In this document: positions 25,362 to 32,621 of the stretch, one piece after another
How the letters are laid out: the number at the start of each line of letters is the position of its first letter
Numbering within the stretch: position 1 is the first letter of the stretch
IMG/VR virus record: IMGVR_UViG_3300044557_000138
Span: 1 to 36,837 of that record
Reading direction: 5' to 3' (one strand)
DNA length: 36,837 nucleotides
From: a virus
Made by a program: the position numbers and the translations under genes
The notes under the pieces: generated by a model
What the model saw: only the letters and a program-made list of their open reading frames with translations
Database searches by the model: none
What the model was told of the DNA's origin: nothing

Positions 25362-26308
25362 TTCTCCTTGATCTCACTCGTTCGAAGAACCCGCGCATCA
25401 TGAGCCGGTCTGAACGATTCCTTGTAATGCGTTGTCTTGTAAGTGACCTGATACCGTGCCGATCTCAACCCTGAATGCTCACCGACCATCGGCTTCAACT
25501 GATTGGAGATGGCCTCTTTCCGTTTTTTCAACTCGGATTGTTCGCTTGAGATGCGCGTGTACTCTTCCGCGAGACTGTCGAATTCATTCGAATCGGCATC
25601 CTCGATATCGCCATCATCCTGCGGGTAGAGCTCGTCCACGTCCATGCCGGTGAGCTGGGGCGTCTCGTCGCGCTCGACGAAACCCCAGAACGTCTCGGCC
25701 GCTTTGACCACGGCCGCGATATCATCCTCGTCGCGTGTGAACTCGACCTCGACGGGGCTGGACTCCCCGATGTCGGCCACGAAAACGCCCCACGAGAAGC
25801 CGGTGACCGCCAGATAGTGGGTCACCTGCGCCATGTAATACGAGGGCGCTATCAGGTTCCCGTCATCGTCATACCAGTCGTTCGAACGGTAGGCGCTGGC
25901 GGTCTTGCATTCCAGGACGCCGAGGCCGCGCGAATCGCCTGCGATAACACCATCCAGCGAGGCGATCATATGAGGGTGCTCCCTCGACGTGAGGCTCACA
26001 TCCGTGCCCGAAACCACTCTGAGATCGCGGTGATTACGCCGATACCAGCGGCGCAGCTCATTCTCCAGAAGATTGCCTTTGATGATGGGCCAGTGTCCCG
26101 AGATGTCCTTGGGATCGACACGACCCGTCTTCTCAAGCCATAGCTCGTAGGGCGACGAATACTTGTTGAGCCCCATGATCGTGCCCATATCCGAGCCGCC
26201 GATGCCTTGGCTGCGATGGGCGAGCCACTGGGCCTCGCGCTCCGCCGCCGTTCGAGCCTTGAAACGCCGCACAGCGAACAAGCTGTTGCTTTGCAATATG
26301 GCGCTCAT
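25358..26308 (-). CDS. YqaJ / lambda-Exo-like recombination exonuclease (316 aa)
   Basis: GIGGSDMGTIMGLNKYSSPYELWLEKTG is the YqaJ signature. I prefer ATG 26308 (GAAGGAAG upstream) to the track start at 26377. Confidence 0.8.
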   Translation of the reverse strand: MSAILQSNSLFAVRRFKARTAAEREAQWLAHRSQGIGGSDMGTIMGLNKYSSPYELWLEKTGRVDPKDISGHWPIIKGNLLENELRRWYRRNHRDLRVVSGTDVSLTSREHPHMIASLDGVIAGDSRGLGVLECKTASAYRSNDWYDDDGNLIAPSYYMAQVTHYLAVTGFSWGVFVADIGESSPVEVEFTRDEDDIAAVVKAAETFWGFVERDETPQLTGMDVDELYPQDDGDIEDADSNEFDSLAEEYTRISSEQSELKKRKEAISNQLKPMVGEHSGLRSARYQVTYKTTHYKESFRPAHDARVLRTSEIKEK

Positions 26309-26432
26309 GCTTTTCTTCCTTCGTTTCGTAGTGTTTTGATTAACCGGTAGATCGCGTTCGGATAGTTCTCGAACCATGCGAGCGGATACGGGCTTTCCGC
26401 GAGACTGCGGGCGAGCTAGATATCGGAATATC

Positions 26433-26654
26433 TCATGATTCGACGCTTCTCTCGCGTGACGCCTTCTCGATGTCCGTGCTCCGGTAGCGTTTCATGCGTA
26501 TCTCGTGCCCGTCCGAATCCAATGGCGTGAACCCGAGGTCACCGAACCGCCGGTCGAAGATACGAGGGTCTATGTGGAGCCGTTCTGCTGCTGTTGCACG
26601 ATCCCATTCCTCATATGGAGTGACGATATGGATTACCGCGTTCCTTGCCATCAT
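26433..26654 (-). CDS. Hypothetical protein (73 aa)
   Basis: Track ORF. The TTG at 26663 sits inside the GGAGG, so ATG 26654 or 26651 is the likely start. Confidence 0.55.
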   Translation of the reverse strand: MMARNAVIHIVTPYEEWDRATAAERLHIDPRIFDRRFGDLGFTPLDSDGHEIRMKRYRSTDIEKASRERSVES

Positions 26655-26739
26655 GACCTCCAAACAGTTGATAATCCGCTGCTGTTAAAATCTGTCATTG
26701 GGACTCCTTGCTGGTTGCTTTCCTTTAACGGTGTCGCGC

Positions 26740-26916
26740 TCATGCGTGTTTTCCTTTCCCGGTCAGATTGAATAGTGCGCAGCCGCTCGCGCAGTAGGCA
26801 GCTAGCAGGATGATGTTGCGCAGGGGCGTCACGTTGCCGTCACTGCCCACGAGGAGCAAGAAGTTGGTGATGACGGCGAGCGCCAGCAGGATACGGAGAA
26901 GACGTTTCATGCTCAT
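26740..26916 (-). CDS. Small two-helix membrane protein (58 aa)
   Basis: MSMKRLLRILLALAVITNFLLLVGSDGNVTPLRNIILLAAYCASGCALFNLTGKGKHA. ATG 26916 forms an ATGA overlap with the antirepressor stop. Confidence 0.55.
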   Translation of the reverse strand: MSMKRLLRILLALAVITNFLLLVGSDGNVTPLRNIILLAAYCASGCALFNLTGKGKHA

Positions 26917-27698
26917 GCCGTCGCCTCCAAGGTTTTCGTAAGGAACTTGTTGACGAAATACTGCTGGCCCTTGCCGGTGACTAGGGTGACGTGGTTGACG
27001 AACTGTCTTCCATCCGCACCGATCACGGTGTTGGTGCGAATCTGGAAGAGCTTCATCCCCATCGCTTTCTGAGTTGGCGTGTTCCAGTCGTCGCCACGAC
27101 GTGAGCTGAGATAGCCGTGGTCGCGAAGCCATACATAAAGACGGTTCTGGCCGATCTCCACGCCGTTCTGCTTCAGCAGCTTCGCCAATTGGCCGATCAG
27201 AATGCTGTCCTTGGATGTCTCCAAGGCGTTTGCGAACAGGACTTTGGGAGCTTGCTCGGTGATCTGCGACTGCTGGCTGGCGATCAGCGCCTTCTGCTCC
27301 TTGAGCTGGGTGGCGAGTTGGATGAGGTAGTCCGGGTCAGTCAGCGTGCGCTCGATCACCGCATCGGTCATGTACGCGCCATGCTTGCGAATCGAAGGCA
27401 GCACCTCGTGGGTGACCCAGCGCTGGAATTCCTTGGCTTCGGGCTTGCGTGAGCGCATCACCAGCTTGTAGAAGCCTGACTCGGATACGATCAGTGGTTC
27501 ACGGCCGCCGTTTTCACCAACCTCCGTAATTCGGAGGTTCGAGACCTCATCCTCGTCAAGCGCCTCGCGAATGTGATTGGTGGCAAGACCTAGCACGTCG
27601 CACACGTCCTTCGCCACGATCCATGGAGTGCCATCCTTGTCGGCGAGCGCCCGGATTGGGGTACCCTTGAAATCGAAGGGTTTCACTAGACTGTTCAT
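26913..27698 (-). CDS. Antirepressor (Bro-N domain plus KilAC/ANT-like C-terminus, 261 aa)
   Basis: N-terminus FDFKGTPIRALADKDGTPWIVAKDVCDVLGL...SESGFYKLVMRSRKPEAKEFQRWVTHEVLPSIRKHGAY is a Bro-N pattern. Confidence 0.8.
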   Translation of the reverse strand: MNSLVKPFDFKGTPIRALADKDGTPWIVAKDVCDVLGLATNHIREALDEDEVSNLRITEVGENGGREPLIVSESGFYKLVMRSRKPEAKEFQRWVTHEVLPSIRKHGAYMTDAVIERTLTDPDYLIQLATQLKEQKALIASQQSQITEQAPKVLFANALETSKDSILIGQLAKLLKQNGVEIGQNRLYVWLRDHGYLSSRRGDDWNTPTQKAMGMKLFQIRTNTVIGADGRQFVNHVTLVTGKGQQYFVNKFLTKTLEATA

Positions 27699-27715
27699 TA
27701 GATTCCTTTCATATG

Positions 27716-27741
27716 AGCCCCGTTGCAGCGGGGCTTTTTTA
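27716..27741 (+). terminator. Canonical intrinsic terminator oriented for the plus strand, between the Cro-like and antirepressor genes
   Basis: 7-bp stem AGCCCCG/CGGGGCT (27716-22 / 27729-35), 6-nt loop, then T6 (27735-40). On the minus strand there is no U-tract after the stem. Confidence 0.6.
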
Positions 27742-27978
27742 TGCTGCGAGCTTCTGCTCTTGTCTTGCGAGGTCGAGCAGTTCCCATGAAGTGGCGAGGC
27801 CGAGCGAGTGAGCGAGCTTCTCGAAATCTTCGGAATCCCACGGAACTCGATTCGACAGCCGCCGCCAGAACGCGTCGCGGCTCAATCCCATTGACTTGGC
27901 CACCTCTTTGTTCTGTAGACCCAGACGCGCCGTCTGGGTTCGGACTGCTGACGAGATCGCCTCTTGGAACGTTGCCAT
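27739..27978 (-). CDS. Cro-like XRE-family HTH regulator (79 aa)
   Basis: Track ORF trimmed to ATG 27978 (MATFQEAISS...), preceded by AAAGGAGAA. HTH: NKEVAKSMGLSRDAFWRRLSN. The TTG at 28014 would lie in the promoter/operator. Confidence 0.75.
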   Translation of the reverse strand: MATFQEAISSAVRTQTARLGLQNKEVAKSMGLSRDAFWRRLSNRVPWDSEDFEKLAHSLGLATSWELLDLARQEQKLAA

Positions 27979-27993
27979 TGGTTTTCTCCTTTC

Positions 27994-28009
27994 TACCGCA
28001 TATGCGGTA
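27994..28009. promoter_or_regulatory. Operator O1: perfect 16-bp palindrome TACCGCATATGCGGTA
   Basis: Read directly. Lies between the minus-strand promoter and the Cro-like start. Confidence 0.7.
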
Positions 28010-28021
28010 ATCAATGATTAC

Positions 28022-28050
28022 ATTATTACAATGTTTATTGTGGTTGTCAA
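28022..28050 (-). promoter_or_regulatory. Early lytic promoter (TTGACA, 16/17-nt spacer, TAATAAT)
   Basis: Minus strand reads TTGACA (28050..28045), accacaataaacattg, TAATAAT (28028..22). Confidence 0.6.
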
Positions 28051-28062
28051 CGCATATGCGTT
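28049..28062. promoter_or_regulatory. Operator O2: perfect 14-bp palindrome AACGCATATGCGTT
   Basis: Read directly. Overlaps the -35 of the lytic promoter. Confidence 0.7.
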
Positions 28063-28113
28063 ACGGCGTGTCGCGCGTCTAGGATTTCTTCCCATCTCAC
28101 AATGCGACACGTG

Positions 28114-28142
28114 TTGCATATTTAACGCATATGCGGTATCAT
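28114..28142 (+). promoter_or_regulatory. Repressor promoter (TTGCAT, 17-nt spacer, TATCAT)
   Basis: TTGCAT at 28114-19 and TATCAT at 28137-42. The spacer contains O3. Confidence 0.55.
28123..28138. promoter_or_regulatory. Operator O3: TAACGCATATGCGGTA (15 of 16 positions palindromic)
   Basis: Read directly. Shares the core CGCATATGCG with O1 and O2. Confidence 0.7.
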
Positions 28143-28166
28143 GAAGACGTGGTTAGAAACAATGAG

Positions 28167-28412
28167 ATGGCACCCGTAAGTGCCACGACAAAGGTAATAG
28201 CGGAAACCACGCGCGGGCTGATCGAAGCCGAGGGACTATCCCAAGAACAGGTGGGAAAGCTGCTAGGCAGGTCGCAAAGCTACGTATCCACGAGGATCAA
28301 AGGCTTGCAACCTTGGACCACCGAGGATATAGACGTATTGGCCAAGCACTTCGGGCTTGGCAATGCCTTTGGCCTAATCGATAAGGCTCGCGGGATAATA
28401 GAAAGGAAGTAG
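28167..28412 (+). CDS. XRE-family HTH repressor (CI-like function, 81 aa, no peptidase domain)
   Basis: HTH: SQEQVGKLLGRSQSYVSTRIKG. The track start at 28131 lies inside O3 and the -10, so ATG 28167 (MAPVSATTK...) is preferred. Confidence 0.7.
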   Translation: MAPVSATTKVIAETTRGLIEAEGLSQEQVGKLLGRSQSYVSTRIKGLQPWTTEDIDVLAKHFGLGNAFGLIDKARGIIERK

Positions 28413-28492
28413 TAAGATTACATCGCGCACCTCCGGGTGTGTCTCATCGGGGCTTGTTTGTTCTTACCGGGATTGGCAAGCCCCATTACATT

Positions 28493-28534
28493 GTCTTCAC
28501 ACTTTGTTCGAACGTCTTCACATTTTGTTCGAAC
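28493..28534. repeat. 21-bp tandem direct repeat GTCTTCACA(C/T)TTTGTTCGAAC x2 upstream of the Ltp-like gene
   Basis: Read directly; one mismatch between the copies. Each copy contains TTCGAA. Confidence 0.85.
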
Positions 28535-28643
28535 AAGTGATTTGAGATTACGACGGAAACAAGACAAACACAGCACGCCAAACCAGCGTGTCGCGTTATG
28601 ATTTTCCCGGGCGACAGCGCCCGAGAATGAGGAAGGAATAATC

Positions 28644-29213
28644 ATGAGCGAAGCTCAGCAACCAATACAACAGCCGACACAACCACAGGGACCACGGAAG
28701 AAGGCGAAGAAGCCTCTCCTCAAGCGCGTGTGGTTCTGGCTGCTGGTAATCGTCGCGGTTTTCGTCATCTACTCGATAGCCACGTCCGGCAACTCGGGTT
28801 CGACGGCCAGCAGCACCGGCACCACCTCATCCGCGAGCGCACCAGCCAGCAGCAGCGCGAAAGCCCCTGCGAGCGCGACCCCCAGCAAAAGCGCCACGGC
28901 GTCGGTTCCAGCCGAGTATACGAGCGCGTTGACCACTGCCGGTCAGTACTCCGACTCCATGTATATGAGCCGTCAGGGCATCTATGATCAGCTGACCAGC
29001 GCGGACGGCGACAAGTTCTCGGCTGCGGCGGCACAGTACGCCGTGGACAATCTCAAGGCGGACTACAACGCCAACGCGCTTGCCACTGCGAAGCAGTACC
29101 AGTCGCAGATGTCGATGTCACCGGCTGCGATCCACGATCAGCTCACCAGTCAGGATGGCGACAAGTTTACCTCGTCGGAAGCCGATTACGCCGTTCAGCA
29201 CCTCAACGACTGA
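28644..29213 (+). CDS. Ltp-like superinfection-exclusion protein, membrane anchored (189 aa)
   Basis: N-terminal TM helix (VWFWLLVIVAVFVIYSIA), S/T/A linker, then two Ltp-type repeats (QYSDSMYMSRQGIYDQLTSADGDKFSAAAAQYAVDNL and QYQSQMSMSPAAIHDQLTSQDGDKFTSSEADYAVQHL). Confidence 0.75.
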   Translation: MSEAQQPIQQPTQPQGPRKKAKKPLLKRVWFWLLVIVAVFVIYSIATSGNSGSTASSTGTTSSASAPASSSAKAPASATPSKSATASVPAEYTSALTTAGQYSDSMYMSRQGIYDQLTSADGDKFSAAAAQYAVDNLKADYNANALATAKQYQSQMSMSPAAIHDQLTSQDGDKFTSSEADYAVQHLND

Positions 29214-29232
29214 CCACGCCGTCCCGTTGCAT

Positions 29233-29258
29233 AGCCCCGTTTCGGCGGGGCTTTTCCT
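29233..29258 (+). terminator. Intrinsic terminator after the Ltp-like gene
   Basis: AGCCCCG tttcgg CGGGGCT followed by TTTTCC. Confidence 0.7.
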
Positions 29259-29271
29259 TTGCCTGTGATTT

Positions 29272-29291
29272 TGTGGTACCACTGTGGTACC
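29272..29291 (+). repeat. Arm-type direct repeats TGTGGTACCAC x2 (left arm of attP candidate 1)
   Basis: 11-bp period. The same motif recurs at 29531-29557 on the other side of the tRNA-Lys fragment. Confidence 0.7.
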
Positions 29292-29396
29292 TTTTCGTGT
29301 TTCCGGGGGTTTTCGTGCGCGTGCTAGGATTGGTCTTAGCCCTTGTCGCGCAAGCGGTTGGGGCGCATCGGCATTTTGGCCCGCGGGTTCCGTAGC

Positions 29397-29447
29397 AGCT
29401 GACTCTTAATCAGCGTGTCCGGGGTTCGAATCCCCGCGGGGGCACCA
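29397..29447 (+). other. attP core candidate 1: 3' part of a tRNA-Lys (anticodon CTT) including CCA
   Basis: A GCTGA CTCTTAA TCAGC GTGTC CGGGG TTCGAAT CCCCG CGGGGGC A CCA. There is no proper D-arm upstream, so this is a fragment and not a gene. Confidence 0.7.
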
Positions 29448-29530
29448 GCCAAATGGCCGGAAACGTTGAAATACCAACGATTCCGGCCATTCCCATTATG
29501 CAGGTGCCATACACTTGATACACACTTGTT

Positions 29531-29557
29531 TGTGGTACCACTGTGGTACCACTGTGA
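29531..29557 (+). repeat. Arm-type direct repeats TGTGGTACCAC x2.5 (right arm of attP candidate 1)
   Basis: Read directly. Ends 13 nt before the integrase ATG. Confidence 0.7.
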
Positions 29558-29569
29558 TGGGAGACGCGA

Positions 29570-31042
29570 ATGCCGCACCGCAAAGCATCCAACGGACGAA
29601 TAAACCCGTTCAGGGTAGCCAAGAAACGCAGTATCAGGGACGGGACCGAGAAGGAGTACACGGTCTGGCGGGCCAAGATCGATGTCGGTGAGACCAGAAC
29701 TGGGGCGCGCAGGCAGCGCACGGTCGAAGCGCCCACCCGGCGCGAATGCGAAGCCAAGGCGCGCGACATGCTCAAGGAGATACGCGACTACGGCGTAGCC
29801 GCCGACCGGCACGCGACCCTCGGCAAGTACGCGCGGCAATGGCTCAAGACCAAGATGGAGATGGTGGACCACAAGTCGTACCAGACCTACGAGACCGCCG
29901 TGTACGTGCATCTCGCCGACTATCTCGACACCCCGCTATCCAAATTCACGCCGACGATGGTCACCGGCATCCTGCGCGACGCGAAGGCCCATGACAAGCG
30001 CGGACGGGAGACCGGGCCGGCCGGCACGAGCGCGCGGCGCAAGATCAAGACCACGCTCGGCCAGATCATGAAGCTCGCCGTGGCCGACGGCATCATCAAA
30101 AGCAATCCCGTCGATGCGGCGGTCATCCCCGTCAGCTCCGACGTGGCGGCGAAAGAGCTGGCCCGTCAGCGCGAGGCGTTCACCGAACAGCAGGTGCGCG
30201 CCATGCTCGACGCGGCGGCGGGCCTCGGCATCGTCAGGCAGGCGAGGTGGTGGATGCGCATACTGAGCGCGATGCGTCAGGGCGAGACGCTGGGCGCGCG
30301 CATAGACGATCTCGCGTTCGTGCCGCAGGTCGTGCCCGTCGAGGTCGAGACGCAGGAGCCGCAGACCGTGACCATCACCGACGATCAGGGCGTGGAGCGG
30401 ACCGGCACCATCATGCGCAGGAGCGTGAAGAGCGTGGACAAGCGCGTTCTCGCAGCCGAATACCAGGTCAATTGGAAGCTTCAGGAGATTCCGAAGACGC
30501 ACGGCTGCGGGGAGCCGGAGAACGGACGCTACCCGTGCGGGCGGAAAAGGGGCGTGGACTGCCCGTATTCCAGGTGGCGCGTCCCCGAGGGGTACGACAT
30601 GCTGCCGGTGCGGGGAAGATGGTGCCTGAGCCGCCCGAAGAGCCATACAGGGCGCATCGTGCCATTGGTGCCCATGCTCGCGCAATTATTGGCCGCTTAC
30701 ATGAAGGAGACGGAGCAGTGGCCGAATCCTGCTGGCCTCCTGTTCCGGCACGAGGATGGTTCGCCCATCACGCCGAGGGAGGACTCCGAGGAGTTCCAGT
30801 CGCTGCTTCTCGCTGCCGGGGTCGAGCATCCCGAGCGGCGCACCACGCATGAGCTGCGGCATTCGATAGTGACGCTTCTGGCGCGCATGGGGGTGCCGTA
30901 TTCGATGATCAAGCAGATCGTCGGCCATTCCAGCGATGCGATGATCGAGCATTACCGTCATGCGGATGCCGGAGAGCGGCTAAGGGCGATGGAGACGCTG
31001 GACGGCGTTCTGGGCTTGAAGGAATTAGACGATTGCCGATAA
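29570..31042 (+). CDS. int: Tyrosine integrase (490 aa)
   Basis: C-terminal HELRHSIVTLLARMG...GHSSDAMIEHYRH (HxxR, GH, catalytic Y pattern). GGGAGA lies upstream of the ATG; adjacent to the att-like sites. Confidence 0.9.
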   Translation: MPHRKASNGRINPFRVAKKRSIRDGTEKEYTVWRAKIDVGETRTGARRQRTVEAPTRRECEAKARDMLKEIRDYGVAADRHATLGKYARQWLKTKMEMVDHKSYQTYETAVYVHLADYLDTPLSKFTPTMVTGILRDAKAHDKRGRETGPAGTSARRKIKTTLGQIMKLAVADGIIKSNPVDAAVIPVSSDVAAKELARQREAFTEQQVRAMLDAAAGLGIVRQARWWMRILSAMRQGETLGARIDDLAFVPQVVPVEVETQEPQTVTITDDQGVERTGTIMRRSVKSVDKRVLAAEYQVNWKLQEIPKTHGCGEPENGRYPCGRKRGVDCPYSRWRVPEGYDMLPVRGRWCLSRPKSHTGRIVPLVPMLAQLLAAYMKETEQWPNPAGLLFRHEDGSPITPREDSEEFQSLLLAAGVEHPERRTTHELRHSIVTLLARMGVPYSMIKQIVGHSSDAMIEHYRHADAGERLRAMETLDGVLGLKELDDCR

Positions 31043-31055
31043 TCCCCTTTCGCGC

Positions 31056-31083
31056 GGAACAACGCGGCTTGCCGCGTTGTTCC
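31056..31083 (+). terminator. 12-bp perfect hairpin after int
   Basis: GGAACAACGCGG cttg CCGCGTTGTTCC. Only a weak T-tract follows. Confidence 0.55.
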
Positions 31084-31108
31084 GCGTTTGGCGGCGTTTG
31101 GCGGCGTT
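31074..31108 (+). repeat. GCGTT motif repeated 4 times at an exact 10-bp period
   Basis: GCGTT at 31074, 31084, 31094 and 31104 (GCGTTGTTCC GCGTTTGGCG GCGTTTGGCG GCGTTCCGCC). Confidence 0.8.
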
Positions 31109-31190
31109 CCGCCATTTTCGGTTGGCTGTAGAAATTGAGCTATGGCAGCAGTCTGACGCTCAAGAATGGCGGAATTGCAACGTTTTCAAA

Positions 31191-31240
31191 GGAGCGGATG
31201 ACGGGAATCGAACCCGCGTAATCAGTTTGGAAGACTGAGC
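31191..31240 (-). other. attP core candidate 2 or att scar: 3' part of a tRNA-Gly (anticodon TCC)
   Basis: Minus strand: TCAGT CTTCCAA ACTGA TTAC GCGGG TTCGATT CCCGT CATCCGC T CC. The U73 discriminator is typical of bacterial tRNA-Gly. There is no D-arm upstream. Confidence 0.65.
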
Positions 31241-31282
31241 ACGATACGCAGTGACACACTCTCCTAATAAACATTCGCAACG

Positions 31283-31304
31283 TAACTACGGCCTAACTAC
31301 GCCC
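31283..31304 (+). repeat. 11-bp tandem direct repeat TAACTACG(G/C)CC x2
   Basis: Read directly. Lies 42 nt beyond the tRNA-Gly fragment. Confidence 0.8.
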
Positions 31305-31344
31305 TATTATTATTCGCACCTAACACATCTGCTACGCTTATCCC

Positions 31345-31554
31345 ATGATCGACGACGAGGCCGAGCAGCTGGAGCAGCTGAGGCGAGACAGGCTTGCCGA
31401 GGCCGAGCGTTGGTTGCGGAAGCTGGTGCGCGATGGGCTGCTGACGGCGGAGACTTACGGCAGGATATGGATGGTGTTGCATACTGAGTCGGCGCGGCTC
31501 GTCGAGATCGAGCGGGCGCGAGGGGTACACGGGGCGCGGGAAATCGAATTGTGA
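31345..31554 (+). CDS. Hypothetical helical protein (69 aa)
   Basis: ORF track. No clear RBS. Charged, helical sequence. Confidence 0.4.
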   Translation: MIDDEAEQLEQLRRDRLAEAERWLRKLVRDGLLTAETYGRIWMVLHTESARLVEIERARGVHGAREIEL

Positions 31555-31651
31555 AGGTTTTCGGATTCCATGCCATCTGACTTGCATTACTCGGTTAAAC
31601 GAGTATTATAAGGAGTGTCAGCAAGGATACACACCAAGCAAAGGACATGAC

Positions 31652-31933
31652 ATGCAGCAAGTAAACAGCACCAAGGAAGCCATCGACTACATCAACGGCA
31701 TGATCGATTTCCTCAAAGCCGACTACGATCCCACGAACCAGCTCTTCCCCGGAACACCGAACGGCATCTTCGCCGCCATCCGCGTCGATGAGGACGGACT
31801 GCCCCACGATTACGTTGCCCACGTCGACTACTCCGCCGAAAAGGACATGATCTCCGCCGACGACGGCAAGTGGGTCGGACGCGACCAGCTTACCGGCATC
31901 GTCACCAAGGCCCTCGCTGGGAGCAATCGATGA
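31652..31933 (+). CDS. Hypothetical protein (93 aa)
   Basis: ORF track. AAAGGA lies 7 nt upstream. The stop overlaps the next ATG (ATGA). Confidence 0.55.
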   Translation: MQQVNSTKEAIDYINGMIDFLKADYDPTNQLFPGTPNGIFAAIRVDEDGLPHDYVAHVDYSAEKDMISADDGKWVGRDQLTGIVTKALAGSNR

Positions 31934-32412
31934 GCGACATCACGCTGGCGGAATACGCCAAAAGAAACGGGCGTACGGCCGACACCGCCACGCAAAGGGC
32001 GAGGCGAGGCGCGTTCGCCACCGCGCACAAGGTCGGCAGACAGTGGATGATCGACGAAAACGAGGAGTGGTCGGACGCGCGAAGGAAAGAGGAGCCGAGA
32101 AAAATGATGTGGTTCGGAGTCGAGGCGCTACCGCCGTACGCCGTCAACATGGTCAACAGCAGCGGCAACCCGGTGGGCGACCTGCACGCATTTGACAGCG
32201 AGGAGGAGGCGAAACGCTGGAATCAGGAGGACCGATACATCGGGGGCACCTACAACCGCTATCTGCTCGACCGGCGCAAAGCAAAGAAGATGATGATGGC
32301 GCGCATTATGGGAAGAATCGACGACCTGCCCGAGGAGATGCGCGGCGACGTCAAGAAATGGGATGACGAAAGCCTCTACAGCGCGTACAGCTGGGTGACG
32401 GTCCGGCAATAG
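31930..32412 (+). CDS. Excisionase/MerR-like HTH domain protein (160 aa), a candidate recombination directionality factor or regulator
   Basis: Track ORF trimmed to ATG 31930 (ATGA overlap). The N-terminus ITLAEYAKRNGRTADTATQRARRGAFATAHKVGRQWMIDENE fits the excisionase-type winged HTH pattern. Confidence 0.5.
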   Translation: MSDITLAEYAKRNGRTADTATQRARRGAFATAHKVGRQWMIDENEEWSDARRKEEPRKMMWFGVEALPPYAVNMVNSSGNPVGDLHAFDSEEEAKRWNQEDRYIGGTYNRYLLDRRKAKKMMMARIMGRIDDLPEEMRGDVKKWDDESLYSAYSWVTVRQ

Positions 32413-32548
32413 GTGGTATGATATCCAGTGTCACCCGTTTAGGCGGGCGCGGACTGAAAAGAGATTTGATAGGCGAATGCCTTTGTCTGGACTGGAGACA
32501 GTCCAGTGGATTGAAAAGTTGTGCGGTATATGCTGCAGAACGCAGAAA

Positions 32549-32582
32549 ATCGCCCCCACCTCCCGTAGGAGGTGAGGGCGAT
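32549..32582 (-). terminator. Terminator of the late (lysis) operon
   Basis: 15-position stem with one mismatch (ATCGCCCCCACCTCC cgta GGAGGTGAGGGCGAT). The minus strand continues ATTTTCT. Lies 40 nt after the stop at 32622. Confidence 0.7.
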
Positions 32583-32621
32583 TCGCGATACTGAACCATC
32601 AACTATAAGTTAAAGGTTCTG

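Noticed and set aside
28418-28645. Minus-strand ORF of 75 aa between the repressor and the Ltp-like gene
   Set aside because: It lies antisense in a plus-strand intergenic region full of repeats and hairpins, has no RBS, and its repeated VRTKCED stretch merely reflects the 21-bp DNA repeat.
29370-29447. Calling the tRNA-Lys and tRNA-Gly segments as intact tRNA genes
   Set aside because: Both have weak acceptor-like 5' strands but no D-arm: 12 nt and 4 nt respectively, where about 20 nt are needed. They are 3' fragments of att type, not genes.
29336-29911. Minus-strand ORF of 191 aa spanning the tRNA-Lys fragment and the integrase start
   Set aside because: It runs antisense through int and the att core, has no RBS, and has an implausible composition.
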